A stretch of DNA of 64,000 nucleotides from Phallusia mammillata (taxonomy: Eukaryota), in NCBI GenBank assembly GCA_965637545.1, contig OZ281497.1:9362001-9426000 (forward strand), written 5' to 3'. Positions 52,401-64,000 of this stretch are shown here, piece by piece; within the stretch, counting starts at the first letter, position 1; every line of letters starts with the position of its first letter. The notes beneath the pieces were generated by a model. That model had not been told where the DNA came from, did no database searches, and saw only the letters and a program-made list of their open reading frames with translations. The translations under genes were made by a program, and so were the position numbers.

Positions 52401-52572
52401 CTGGGGCGAAAGAACGAGTTCGGAATGCCCTCACTGTGGGGCAGATAAGCAAGACACCGACCATCTTGTCCTAAAATGCCCCACAACCAAGTTACAAGGT
52501 GGATATCGGACCGTACATGAATGCGATACAGCATTTAGCGACTGGTTTCAAAATATATCCGATCACATCTAA
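49492..52572 (+). CDS. LINE ORF: APE endonuclease + reverse transcriptase + C-terminal CCHC finger, no RNase H
   Basis: LNIEG, LQETH, GDFNSH, SQHRP; YRPISLL, QSGFR, DLSAAYDTV, GVPQGSVLAP, YADD, KYLG; CPHCG..QDTDHLVLKCP; 1026 aa uninterrupted. Confidence 0.96.
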   Translation: MMLYKEMKQNAGSNVAQNKNVRVPADNLQSPAGSKNKLGSIEFRNQTKILSLNIEGSSMPKCEYLGKILQQHRVDIALLQETHATATSPESKTRIPGYTLISKVCHDKYGICTYARNPSEVTELQSVLTSNNTHRSAVKIKELTVVNLYKPPNKEWPNPPLPSFPHPTVYIGDFNSHNTDWGYNENDKAGEQLGQWINDTNLHLLYDPKTHGTFHSSRWNKDYSTDLCLVSKNDNLDPLPASTEILPSFPHSQHRPIITTVGLKIPIINSLPKNRWNFEQANWENFAKAVDQTCIHIPPSAQTIPRFHKLVLKSARRYIPRGRRKKYVPCWSKESEALFKAYEETNDNNTADQLLSSLNKDRRNRWISTVENLDFKHSSRKAWALLHKLDLNSTSKPKTAAPISANQIAKEIKQRGHHKPNHTFEKSVRKEYQQLYRTYTEDSNLSSHILMSELKESLKQTKASKAAGIDGIYPEMLKHLGNNSLQWLRTALTDIIQTGKLPKDWKIAKVIAILKPGKDPTNPSSYRPISLLCCTYKVLERIILARITPLVEPFLPSEQSGFRKHRCTSEQVLALTSHIETGYELKNTTGAIFVDLSAAYDTVWHDGLLLKLAKIIKCRTMLRIISKMTGTRRFYTCVGSDTSKTFKIKNGVPQGSVLAPTLFNVYIRDMPKTKCLKFGYADDWALTYQGNCLTTIQNQLTADLTTLQEYFTTWYLQMNTTKTVTTLFHLDNHRANQQLNITIDGKQLPTDPNPKYLGITLDRTLNYRQHLEKLSNKIKTRNSLINKLAATRWGASQSVLRTSALALCYSAAEYCASTWERSTHTKKLDIQLNRTMRIISGTLKSTPITWLPTMSAIPPPHLRRRASAMKMIQNLQTLPEEIPLTKIIRQAPKTRRLKSRHPIYNLETDNTFDMTEKWKQYWFNNMPAGGELVDDPTTPLPGFDLAHRRNWVAANRLRSKHARTAHMLQRWGERTSSECPHCGADKQDTDHLVLKCPTTKLQGGYRTVHECDTAFSDWFQNISDHI

Positions 52573-53064
52573 GTTTTTTTTGAGACGTGGAAACCATACG
52601 ACAATATATATACCAAAGCGGCAATAAGAATATTTGCTTAATTTTTGTTTTAGGAAAACACTTTATGCGTAACAACAAAAACCGTCAGTGGTTTATTCTG
52701 TAATTTCTTCATTCTATAAAAATCCACTTTAAACAGATATCATACAAGTTAAATCAGTTGTGGAACCAGGTATTTTGGAACATTCAAATAATTTGTACTA
52801 AATACTTTCTTATCATAAGATAACGGCACTCTGCGTTTTGTTTATTATTCGAAAACGCAAACCACGCCAAATAAAGTAGCCTGCAAAAATTCACCAAAAA
52901 GCATCTTTCAAATCACCCTTGACAAACAAGCATATAATACCCAACTCGGGGACTTCAAAGAACAACAAAACCACCAGGACAAGTCAAACATTCTCAAAAC
53001 ACCCTCGACAAAAACTACACCCACAATGGAGTAATGAAATTGATGCATTCATGAAAAAAAGTTT

Positions 53065-55600
53065 TCACAATACGCTTCTATACATTAACCAAAAACCTTG
53101 GAAGACTTTCATTCCATCACTTGTAAAAACTATAAACATGTCAGCCCATGTGGACTTAACAGAAGTCCCTTCTATGGGAATGAATGAAATAGGTGGAAAG
53201 TTCGACGATGGGCCGTCGTAAATAGTCAAAAAGTCTAAATAATCCACAAAGTAATCAGCAACGTACACTTCAACTACGTAACCAAAATACATAGAATGGA
53301 TGCTCCAAGTACAGTAAAGATTATCGAAATAATAGTAAGGGTAGTTTAAAGATGTTAAGTTGTTGTAATTCAGATCAGCTTCTAAAAACTCAGTTTCGCC
53401 GCAGCTCGGTGACAGAATCGTGGTGTAAGTAAACTTAAAACCTCTGCCAGTTCCTGAGCTACCAGTTACAAAGTTGATGTCAAGATACCCGGCTACTGTA
53501 ACGTATGTTTGGTCAGTAAAATCAATTCCACTAAATCTTATTGATAATCTTCCGCTACTTATTGTCACAGAATCGGTCTCTAAATCAAGATCTACTACCT
53601 GCAAGGCAATCGACTCGCCTGTAGTAGTAGCCCGTATATACCACCAACAAAACAAATTATTGTCATACTGATTGGGATAATTTGGTGAAGTTAAATAATA
53701 TTGTTCACCTAGCACTGGATAGAAAGTTTCATAGTTACATGCGTTTTTAACTGCGTAATCGCTTTGATCAGGGATATTTTTTGCTGTTAAACCACTTACA
53801 ACAACCGAAGTTATTGCTCTAAATCCAGTTTTTGATACGGAACAATCAGAAGTCAAATGTATCAACAAACTACTTTTGGTCGACTGGAACATGGTCAAAT
53901 TGTTCTGATTGGTTAATGTACCAGATAAAATGGCAATTACTGGGACGTTGATAGAGTTGCCGTCGTAGATGGTGAGTCGGTCGCAGCATTCCTCGATGTC
54001 GATATCGACGATATTGAGTTGAACTACTTTATCGTCAGGCACACGAAGCAACCACGCGATGTCAGCAGAGTTAGGATAGGGTTGAGGATAGTTGGGAGAA
54101 AATATCTCACCCACCAAATCCTGAACAGTGGTGCCGGAAAGATCAAGTAGCACCTGAGCTCTGTTTTGTATCTTCACATCGGAGTCGATCATGTCTTGCA
54201 CGGTTTCTTTGTACTCGATGTTGAAGGTGACTTCTTTTTTGCCTTTAATGTGGACTGTGTTTTTCGATGATTGAATATCCTGATAAAAATTTTCTGAAAA
54301 AAAAGTAAACTAACTTTACTCCTACTTTTTAGCATTATGATAACCATCCATTGAAATCACCAAGTTATTATCAAGTCATTTTATTTGTTCTTTGAAACAG
54401 TCGAAACAGATTTTGTGCAGCCACATTAAACTAACTTATATAAACAACGAAAAAGTTTTTGGCCATTTGCTATCAATTTACCGTTTTTCTCGCCTACAAA
54501 TTCTTGAAGATGCATAGCAGCCAAGAAATCGCCCCTTCTTGCCTTTTCATACACTTGTAGTGCTTTTTTGTAGTTGGTTTTTATCCCTTCGTACGCTACC
54601 CCATCTAAGTGCATTACAAACGACGTAATAGCTGCATTGTCGGAAAAGTAAGTGTGAAATCCAATGTCAGCTGGGGTTGCTTTGGTGTTCTTAATAGTGA
54701 CCTTCAAAGTTTGAAGATCGTCGGACGCGTGAATGGGCCAGGGGATATTTGCCTGTTACGAAAAAAGTTTGATTTTTAACTTTTTAAACTATTCTACTAA
54801 ACCAGGAATATCATAAACATAACACAGTTAAGAGCTAAAAAATTCATCACCGATCTGCACGGTATGAAAAGACGCCGTACTGTTGGGTTTTATTTGATTG
54901 GCGGGCATTGGTTCGCACAATTCTGAAACAATTGTACTGGTTGTAACCAAATCGCCGGTAAAAGCCGATGAGTTACACCAAATGTAGTTGCTAACTTTTA
55001 AGGAGCAATTAAATCAGCCAGAAGTTCAAGTCACGTTAATCTTATTGAGAGAAATCAATTCGTGACTGAAAGGGAAACCAAAACGATCACATCTGAGCAA
55101 ATAATATGATAAGGAAAAAATGGTCTGTTACGAGACATCTTCGAAAACTGGTGTTTTGCCATTGGTTGCATACATTAAAAAAACGAGAATGGAAAATTAA
55201 AGAAGGTTTTCATATAAAGATCCAAATCGCCATACGCGGCAAATATCAGCATCAATATTTTTCATTTTGAAACAACAGTAACAAAATACTTCAAATTTGC
55301 CTTTCATTTTAAAACTTTGATATATTCATAGGCCCCTTAGAATTTTATAGGCTATAGTGTGGTGTATGGGTTTCACACCCTTCTCTTTAGCTTAAAGTAA
55401 AAAGAAATTTCAAACAAACCCACGCAAAAAACTAACTTTTCGATAGGAACCTTAAAGTATAACTTATAGCTTACTTTTTCATAAATTGGTTGGGGTAAAA
55501 GTCCAACGATAAAAGCTTCGTTTTCGTCAAATGCATTGCCCATCCTGACAAAAGTCAAGAAAAGAAACATAAAGCCAATCAAAAGCTGGTAACAAATCAT
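53065..55600 (-). CDS. CUB cluster member H: secreted signal peptide-VIT-3xCUB protein (~541 aa)
   Basis: Exons 55600-55475 (42 codons), 54752-54482 (271 nt), 54293-53065; GT-AG, same phases as C; reading frame open. Confidence 0.88.
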
Positions 55601-56043
55601 CTTGGGCAAAAAGCAACTTAAATATATGTCAAAGTTATAGTTCTAAACTTAGACCTAAACCTGAATGTATTGCATTTTGAGAATTCGTATTCGGTTATAC
55701 ACACAACAGCAGAAAGAGTTTCATACAATGAGTTGAAAAGTTAGGACCCTTCTGTTTAACACCGTTTGTTAACAGAAAATCAACATGCAAAGGCGTGGGA
55801 ATTGACATCTTGAACGCTTAAGTCAAGTATTTACCTCGTAATAATATGGTTAAAAATCAAATATTTTATCATCTTGTAATTCCTACGCAGGTGCTAGAGT
55901 TCTCACACGAGACATAAAATGAGAACATATGTGTTCATCACCGCTTATTGTGTACAAACTGCTTACTGTGTACAAGGTTTACAGACAAAGTTATAACAGA
56001 CAAAAACGTGTTGTTAACTCAAGACAACCACAATACCAGTACT

Positions 56044-57140
56044 CATAGGCGCCTTTTTACAAAAATGCAAGGTGGCGGACGTAAAGTATGACGTCATTTC
56101 ATGTGACGTCATAAATGCGTGAAACCGCAAGAACTCAAACTCAAAGCCCCCAAAAACTTCCCATAGACCAGGGGTGGCCAAACTGCGGCTTTCGAGCCGC
56201 ATGCGGTTCTTTGAGCCTTTGATTGCTGCTCTTTAATATTGCACATATATTCCCCATATGGCCCAGTTGTGAAAACAATGCATTCTATCACGTATTAACA
56301 ATAGATTGACTGTTTGTAAAAACCAAGGCACGTTCCGAAAAACGAAAAAAAATATTATTGTATAAGCGTGTTGGCCTTGCATTTTAGTCAAAAATATTTA
56401 GACTCACAGTATCACCTCACAACAATAATCATTATTTTATAGAGCGTACACTTCATTGTGTGTGAATAAATTCGTTTTGATTTTTGGCGACTCTTTTAAA
56501 ACTAAGTTTTGTGATATGCGGCTCCAGCAAGAAGCTGGTCTGACCACCCCTGCCATAGACTGTTCGTCAAAATTTGAAAAAATAATGTTATTTATTTTGG
56601 AACACAATGTTGTACCGTTTAAAATTGGTTTGGCAGTATTTAAAAGTGTTTAGTCACGTTGTTATTGCTTTGTGTCACCTAAAATAACCATTTATTACAG
56701 CACAATTGAATTGTACACAACAATAGCCAAACATTCACTGGCAACAATTGTGTGTTTGACGTCATAAAAAAGGCACTAACCAAAACAGGTTACAGTTTTC
56801 AGCCACGTTTTTTTTTTGTTTGTTTTTTTTTAATTGTATTTTTCGACAATCAGGCGGCCGAGAACTGAAATTTGCCCTTTGTCGTTCACGGGGTTCGAAC
56901 CCAGGATACTTCCGGGGACGAATTCCGATCTGGAGTATATGGGTCAGGCGCGCCAGGCCATTCGGCCACGTTTGTTGCTTTTTTCGCCCACACATTAATT
57001 TAAAAGCTAAATTGTTTTAGTTTTACGATATTTCGTGCTAAACCGCTACAAGGAATCAAAAATATCCACGGTGGCCGCCATCGTGCTTTGCAAACCCAAG
57101 GTGGCGGCGCCACCCCGCCACCGCCCACTCGGCGCCAATG
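56044..57140. mobile_element. CATAGGCGCC-family MITE carrying a nested hAT MITE (56169-56552) and a SINE
   Basis: Outer TSD CCAGTACT; inner CAGGGGTGGCCAAAC / GTCTGACCACCCCTG with TSD CCATAGAC; empty version at 3259-3768. Confidence 0.9.
56811..56964 (-). mobile_element. tRNA-derived SINE with A-rich tail
   Basis: TGGCCGAATGG A box, GGTTCGAACCC B box, A-rich tail, direct repeat GCCACGTTT (56802-10, 56965-73); absent from the 3259 copy of the host MITE. Confidence 0.8.
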
Positions 57141-57968
57141 CCAGTACTGCTCTCACTAACGGAGACGCCATCCTAAACCTGCTGGCGGCGCATTGCGAAT
57201 AAATGTTGTTCATTAAACCTTCTTGCAGGAGCTTTGTAAGTCCGGCCGGGCTTTTCGGGTTGGTTTGAGATTAAGTTTAACAAAAATGGGCTTGGTTCGG
57301 ACCTGACTTCACACTTTGTCTGTCGAAATTATACCAATTAACACTCAGGGCTAATTCGGGCCAATTTTTAACTTTAGTTTTCCCATGTTTTGCAGACCTG
57401 CTTACAACTGTCGTGTACAAACAGTGTACACCAGTGTAAAGGACACACAATGTTTTTCTGTTCCATCTGCACCACGTTTGTGAAAGTCAATTTTGATAAA
57501 AACAAAAATTCGGAGAACTTTTTCTTGAACGGGACATATTGCATACCTCAACCAAGTCAAAAAGGATTCATTTAATGTTTCGTATTGTTTGCTTTATTGC
57601 AATTTTTGTTTGTTTGTTTAAACATTTTAAAGAAAAAAAAACTTATTTCTGAACTTCCTGTTTGAAATAAATGCTTTTATTGTTGTTAGTCTGTCACTTT
57701 TTTATAACGTTGTTGCGCTCCAAGCACGTTTCTGTCAATTTTATTTTGCATTATTTTATTTCCGATGCTTGCATTGACACAAAAACAAACCCACATAAAA
57801 TCAGATAATAATCCACCTTCAGCCAAATGATTACCGTTTCCTAAAAAGCCACCAACCACCATATTACCTTTAACCAAGAAATAATTCCCATTGTATATAT
57901 TGATTTAATTAAAATAACACAGGAATATCGGCTAACACTTCAAACAATTTGCATTTGAATACGACCTT

Positions 57969-59570
57969 TTACGGCTTTGCAGAGTACTGAAATTGAAAGC
58001 CAATCCCTGCATAACTACTGCCATGTGTTTGTGTATCGAACACAATGTACATGTAATAAGCAGTAGAATACAAGGGCGAAACGTAAGTGTTTCCCCGAAA
58101 ACTGGCAAGTTGTGAGTAGCTGCTTGAATCTCCGTCATATATGTACACATAGTCGTAATTTATATCTAAATCTAGCACAGTCAACATAATCAAAGAGCCC
58201 CAGAAACTACGAATGGTCCATGTGCATTCTATATTACTGTAGTAACCGTTAGGGTAGTTTGGCGATGCAAAAGAGACTGGGTCGCCGTAAAGGGATAGAT
58301 ATTCACCTGTGTTAGCGCACGCAGGTTCTATCGGCACTGCCCTTACAAGAAACAAAAACCCACGGTCTGTAGATGCATTATCGCTGAGAAAAGTTATTCG
58401 AGTTTGCTCAGGGTTCACAAACAAACGCCCAAAATAATCGGTATCATAATCAATCGTTGCGACGGGGGAAGTTGAGTTGGATCCTCCATACAAAGAAACT
58501 ACATCACCTTGGCCCAGACGGACGTCGTTAACTTGTATTTCATAACCAAACCCACTATAGGAAATATCGATGTACCATGTACAAGATAAATCATTGAAGT
58601 ACGATGTTGGATAGTTAGGCGAAGACACCTCGGTGTAAGTGTAAGGATCGACGTTTATTGTTATACCTGATGTACATGGGTCTTCAGAACTTCCCAAAGA
58701 AGGATCATTGTAGATAGGCGACAAAACACTCTTGTACAAAAGCTGAAACCCTCTTCCTGTACCAGTATGTCCAGGATCAGAAGTAAATTGTATGAACATG
58801 TTAGAAGCCGTTGAATGAACGTATGTACCTGATTCCATTGAATATGGTATTTGTTTATAATTCCAAGAATTGCCATCATAGAATACAAGGAAGTCACCAC
58901 CAGATGGTAGTTCCATATCATCAATGAAGATTTCAACTACATATGCAGAATAAGAAGACTGAATGCTCCAGGTACAGTAGAGATCGAAATAGTATTGATC
59001 AGGATAATTCAAAGACGTGATGCTGTTATAAGACGAATGGGCTACAAGATATTCAGTATCGCCACATTGCGGTGTAGGTATCATTTGGTATTGGAACTTA
59101 AACCCACGACCGGCTTTGGACGAATCAGTTATGAAGTTAATATAGAGGTACACTAACCCAATAATCGGCTTTTCAGAGAAGGTTGATCCAGTCAATTCGG
59201 TATGGCGACCCATTTCATCGTAGATCTCAACAAAATCATAACCCACTTCTAGATCGAGGTCCACAACTTGCAACGTAACAATATTTTCGGGATATTCTGA
59301 GAAAATCCACCATCGGCAGTTAATGTTGTTGTAATACTGTTCTGGATAGTTCGGAGATGAAAGATAATAATATTTTTCTGCAGATGGATATATTAATTCG
59401 GAATCACTGCAGTTTCCATCGCTGAGCGGAAAAGGCATGTCATTAAAAAGAGCTGTGAATTCTTTTGAACCCATTCCTGTATTCTTTAGACTTTCTTCAT
59501 TCGCCGCTGCCTTAAGGTCAAAGAAGGCCAGCAGCAATGCAAGTGAAGTTAGAATTCTAAAACAAGACAT
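57969..59570 (-). CDS. CUB cluster member I: secreted signal peptide-4xCUB (types 2-5)
   Basis: ATG 59570 (MSCFRILTSLALLLAFFDLKAAA); four CUBs; single coding exon; TATAAATA at 59744-59737. Confidence 0.92.
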   Translation of the reverse strand: MSCFRILTSLALLLAFFDLKAAANEESLKNTGMGSKEFTALFNDMPFPLSDGNCSDSELIYPSAEKYYYLSSPNYPEQYYNNINCRWWIFSEYPENIVTLQVVDLDLEVGYDFVEIYDEMGRHTELTGSTFSEKPIIGLVYLYINFITDSSKAGRGFKFQYQMIPTPQCGDTEYLVAHSSYNSITSLNYPDQYYFDLYCTWSIQSSYSAYVVEIFIDDMELPSGGDFLVFYDGNSWNYKQIPYSMESGTYVHSTASNMFIQFTSDPGHTGTGRGFQLLYKSVLSPIYNDPSLGSSEDPCTSGITINVDPYTYTEVSSPNYPTSYFNDLSCTWYIDISYSGFGYEIQVNDVRLGQGDVVSLYGGSNSTSPVATIDYDTDYFGRLFVNPEQTRITFLSDNASTDRGFLFLVRAVPIEPACANTGEYLSLYGDPVSFASPNYPNGYYSNIECTWTIRSFWGSLIMLTVLDLDINYDYVYIYDGDSSSYSQLASFRGNTYVSPLYSTAYYMYIVFDTQTHGSSYAGIGFQFQYSAKP

Positions 59571-60864
59571 CGTGAACAAACGCAAGTAGACTAGTACTGT
59601 TTCTAAATGAAAAGTAAAAAAACAGCTTTAAACCATTAAAAACGCTGACATAGGCATTGATAATTTAATGTATTAACTATAATCGCTAAAAATTTCGCTC
59701 TTCTAATTGCAACCTAAACTGATTGTCATAGTTCAGTATTTATACTGACGAGTAAACATGTTGTTTTGAGTTTAACAGTGCAACACCTACAGGCAGGTGT
59801 TCACATCCCACAACCTACTAATGTTTAACCTGTACCTAGTGTTAAATAAACCCAAAACAGCTGTCTGAAGTCGCAAAAGCGGTGTGCAAAAGTTCATCTA
59901 GTTTATTGTTTCAGTGATGTCATAAGAAAAAGTGTTAGCTTATATCTAATTGGCCAGATAGGCAATTGGTTGACATTTTCCAAACTCTAATGTCAAATCA
60001 ATCTTTCTGACAAATTAATAATTGTATTGTATTAATAACTATAATTATTAAACACAAAACATTATACAATGCGTCGCAAGGGCAGAAATTGGATGTAATG
60101 TGTATGAAGTATGTTGATTATTTTTGTAAAGATTACAAAAGATTGTACTAAAAACAAACGCTTGTTGATTCAGGCAAATCACACTATTTACATTGAAATT
60201 ATATACGGTAAGTGTTTAAACTTCTTTTCATCGGTAGCCTACTGTTTATGGCTGACAAGACATAAAACCAATTTGAGTTCCGGAACAGAAGTCAGTGTGC
60301 CACTGCGTGCTTGACTATGACACTGAATTGCGTCACATTACACACAAAACCTGAGAAACGATTCACCTGCTTTTTGTTTTACCTGTAAGCCTAAACTAAC
60401 AAAATTTGCCTCCTGTCTTTATTTGAGCAATATGTTGGTTCCCATTAGCGTCTGCCAAGCATAAACTTTGTACACAGTAGTACAGATACACCTACTTTTT
60501 CCAAAACGTAGTTAATAACATTCAAATTTTTAATGACGTTTTTCATAAGATTTACAATTATTTTTAAACTGTGTTTGCAATCCCAAACCTATTTTGAGTA
60601 TCTTGAATAATCTAGTAAAAATAGCTAGAAACAAAAAAATTAGTAACGTAAATAATATTTTTATGTTCAAGAATTTATGCAGATTGGGGGAATTCCCTTC
60701 AAGTATTGCAGATATTGCCTTCGGCTCTGAGTTAGCGTGATGTAACAGTTGATTTAAAATAGAAATAGTTTTGAAACGCTGTTAAAAAGGCGGTGTTAAC
60801 CAGAACAAATCTTTGGATTTAGGCGCAACCAATCCACAGTAGCTCCGTTTGTGAAGACGGGACA

Positions 60865-61332
60865 ATGAGTGAATATGCCAAAGCATCTGACTACGACAAA
60901 GTGGAGAAGCAGTTCGAATACCTGGACCATACAGCCGATGTTCAAATCCATTCTTGGGGCAAGACGGTCGAGGAAGCCTTTGAGCATGCCTGTTTAGGAA
61001 TGTTTAACTACATGACTGATGTAGACGGTGTGCTGCCACGAAAAACTGTGGAAATTACAGCTGAAGGAACCGATTACTTGTCGCTTTTGTATCACTTTAT
61101 GGACGAGTTTCTCTTTCTCTCGTGCACAGATGATTATTTCATGGCAAGGCAAATAGAAATTTTAGAATTCGACAAAGAAAAGTGGAAAATTAGAGCTAGA
61201 GGGTACGGGGAAGATTTTGAACGTGCAAGGCATGGAGGCAAAGGAACTGAAGTTAAAGCAATAACTTACAGCGCCATGAAGGTTTTACCTGAAGCAGACA
61301 AGACCGACATATTTGTAATCATTGACATTTGA
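60865..61332 (+). CDS. ZBTB8OS: Archease (RTCB tRNA-ligase cofactor), intronless CDS
   Basis: FEYLDHTADVQIHSWG ... LLYHFMDEFLF ... GTEVKAITYSAM ... FVIIDI. Confidence 0.96.
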   Translation: MSEYAKASDYDKVEKQFEYLDHTADVQIHSWGKTVEEAFEHACLGMFNYMTDVDGVLPRKTVEITAEGTDYLSLLYHFMDEFLFLSCTDDYFMARQIEILEFDKEKWKIRARGYGEDFERARHGGKGTEVKAITYSAMKVLPEADKTDIFVIIDI

Positions 61333-62377
61333 TTATATATTTTACGCAACAAATTTCAAAAAAATACCTGTTTATTCTGGTTTATGAATATTCTTTTTCA
61401 ATCCTGAACTCAGGTTTTTATCAGTGTGTTGATGTCAGTCTTTTTATTGTACTATCATCATGTTTATAAGAATGAATGTGTTGCATAGTTTATCACCTTG
61501 AAAGAGGTCATGTAAAGAGAAGGTAAACAATTGTTAACTCATTGTGCCTGGCAAGAATCAATCATTATTCAGTCAGTTTTATCAAATTATGGGAAAAGCG
61601 AAATTTTTAGCACTGTTGTTATCGACAACTAAAATTACTTTTGTAGTTTCATTTATTTGGTACGCACCTTGTACTGACTACCTGGTTTCATCATGATATG
61701 CTGTGACACAACAAATAACACTGCCATAAAACCCTTTTGTGGGCATCACTTTTGTTGTATTGTTGTGTGAAAACAAATCATTTCAGTGATTGTTGACCCT
61801 TACAGCATTCTAAAGTTTGAACCCATTTTTCTGGGCCAAGTTCTGCACCTAAAATAGTTTTACTATTCATTGCACCAAATTATCTGTACTTTCATAAGAA
61901 ATGTATTTTCATCTTGTGCTGCCAATATGAAAACATCATTGTAATACCCATTTACAGGGTTTATATTTGAGGAATATAGAAATCATCTCAGCAACATTTG
62001 CTTATATCCAACAACAAACAGTAGTGGTATTCTGACAAACGTTTAATGGCAATTGTGTGTTTGTTTTATATTTATCCTCAAACTTGTTCATCATAGAAAC
62101 TGGAGTTGTTCATGTAGGAAGTTTTAAACTAAACCCAGAATTGGGCCTAAAACTTAGATGTATTAAAATAAAATTATGACACAAATGTTGCAGAGTGTAG
62201 AGTCAGGCCCAAATCCAGCCTGGACTTTACCCCACTTTGAATGAAACTTTATTTCACTTTTATCCACAATGTGTGGAACATCTATATGCCTTACACACAC
62301 TATAAGCTTAGTGCGGATTTGGCCAGTGTGTGCCTAAAAAGTAATAAACCACAAATGAAAGAAAAAAGGTTTCAACA

Positions 62378-63431
62378 TCAAGTTGTACTTTGCGGATTTA
62401 TCCAAGTTCCCACAGCCAGTAATAAATTTCTTCTTGTAAAGTGCAAATGATAAATAGGTGTTGATTTAGTCGGGTAATCAGACAGCAAATAGTTTCTGTC
62501 TGAAATGGTTGCATGGCCTCTGTGCATGCCAACATCATCTGCATCAATATCCCATATTGCTTGCTGAAAGTCCCATACTTTGACCGTATTGTCTAAACTC
62601 CCTAGGCAGAAATTAAATAACATTAGAAAATGTGTTGATACATTACACATGTCAGATTGAAAGCAAGACATTTTAAATACAGAATTTGCATGAATGGGGT
62701 AACTGTGTAACTAACAATGTAGAAGGTTAGTAAATATATTTTTGCTTCTATAGAACATAGGTTATGGTATCTTTAAAGAACACTAGGAGACTGGCCAACC
62801 TGGAAGTTTTTTGTTTGCCTAAATTGCAAGTATTTCATGTGCCACATTTTAATGGTGTGAAACTGTAACTTTTCTGTATAAAAGTTTCGGTCACCAAGTA
62901 TTCATCACGTGGCAACTCAGAGGGTAGATAAATCTAGCCTGCAGTGGTTATCAAACCCATGAAAGGAGTCTTTCTGGGACTTGTGCTCTACCAACTAGCT
63001 ACACAGGCTCAGTGTAGAACCCACTGAAAGTTAAATCACAAGTAGCGTTGCCTGCTTCATATGCTGCATATGTCAGCTTTGTAATAGGGGGCAGATCCCA
63101 GCCATTCATCTTTGGCTTAAGTTTCAGCAGTAAACATTAAAAATGGTATGTTTGGACTAAGGTACTTTGCTAGGTGGTAAGTCAGTTATTGTGTTTAAAA
63201 CCAAAAATTAAGACAAATAAGCACCTTTTGAAAGGCAGAATGCTGTACATTACCTGATGCTAGCACTTCCCCATCTCTGCTGAACACTAGAGTGTGTACA
63301 GTTCCTGTGTGGCCTGTAAACTGTCCAACCATCACTTTTGTGGCAATGTCCCATATCAGAACCTGACTATCGACTCCAGCTGATGCCAAGTATCGGCCAT
63401 CAGGGGACCAAGCAAGGCACATTATTGGTTT
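62378..63431 (-). CDS. TAF5: TFIID subunit 5, last two exons (63431-63254, 62601-62378); the rest lies beyond the window
   Basis: WD40 repeats LAWSPDGRYLASAG, GHTGTVHTLVFSRDGEVLASG|SLDNTVKVWDF and the TAF5 tail TKSTPIYHLHFTRRNLLLA. Confidence 0.9.
62937..63008 (-). other. tRNA-like relic (pseudo-tRNA or SINE head) in the TAF5 last intron
   Basis: GCCTGTG..TGCAGGC acceptor-like stem, TAGCTAGTTGGTAGAGC D arm, degenerate T arm GGTTTGATAACC. Confidence 0.45.
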
Positions 63432-64000
63432 CTGCACAAAATTTATCAAAAAACTAGTTTTATAAGACATTTGGAAGTATTTTTTGTACAACAAACAGTA
63501 ACAGTTTCTTGTAAATATTTGTGCTTGCAAATTGTGCTACATTTGTGAAACAGTTCGCCAAAATTTTCAAAAAAATATTGCTCGTTACTGAAAAACGTTA
63601 TGTATGTTTTTGAAAACACTGTTTACATTTTTTGGAAATTCAACAATTCAATTTTATCACCTTGTGTCCAGTAAAAATTCTCACACAATTTCCAGTAAGA
63701 AGATCCCAAACTCTAACACTATTATCACTTGAGCCAGTTGCAATGTAATTGGAATTGTGGTGAAAAACAACACAATCAACATCAGAAAAATGACCTAGCG
63801 AAATAATTACAAAAATGTATTAACATTAAATATGTAAGAGCTATTACAGTGTTATTTCACAAAATCTATCTAAAAGGACAGAAATACCTTTAAAGTCTAA
63901 AAACAACAACAGAATAAAAATGTGTTAAAATAAACAAGATACTGCAGCGTCAAAAATACCAATTCAAGATAGAAACTACAAACACCTCTTCTAAAAAATG

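Larger units (their letters stand above)
49364..52610 (+). mobile_element. Full-length single-ORF non-LTR retrotransposon, Ingi/Vingi-like
   Basis: 12-bp TSD TACCAAAGCGGC (49352-49363, 52611-52622); short 3' UTR ending in (TA)n; Pr77-like 5' end. Confidence 0.92.

Noticed and set aside
29623-59570. Retrogene origin for single-exon CUB genes D, F, G, I
   Set aside because: Parent CUB arrays are already in one exon, F retains the upstream DNA of E, and no poly(A)/TSD scars are seen.
62937-63008. Functional tRNA gene
   Set aside because: D arm lacks a base, the T loop is not TTCRA, and the anticodon arm is irregular.
4365-63530. Numerous 60-120 aa ORFs in the track
   Set aside because: Mostly antisense or alternate-frame shadows of real exons, MITE read-throughs or non-ATG starts with no homology signal.

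Overview
AT-rich eukaryotic (invertebrate, probably ascidian/tunicate; inference) genomic window dominated by a tandem cluster of at least nine secreted CUB-domain genes and pseudogenes (A-I) on both strands. Splicing exons that the ORF track splits shows that three members (C, E, H, plus relic B) encode signal peptide + VIT (vault/inter-alpha-trypsin inhibitor) domain + 3-6 CUB domains with no vWA domain, an architecture I do not recognise. The others (D, F, G, I) are signal peptide + CUB-only proteins built from sub-arrays of the same master CUB order; F is visibly a deletion derivative of E. Embedded in or flanking the cluster: a 9-exon UNC93-like MFS gene, an RT-deleted Ty3/gypsy relic, a decayed nucleotidyltransferase(GS..D.E)-TPR pseudogene missed by the ORF track, an intact single-ORF Ingi/Vingi-like LINE with a 12-bp TSD and a 5' HDV-like (Pr77-type) ribozyme fold, many hAT MITEs (some nested), tRNA-derived SINEs, archease and the 3' end of TAF5. 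All calls are by eye; no searches were run.
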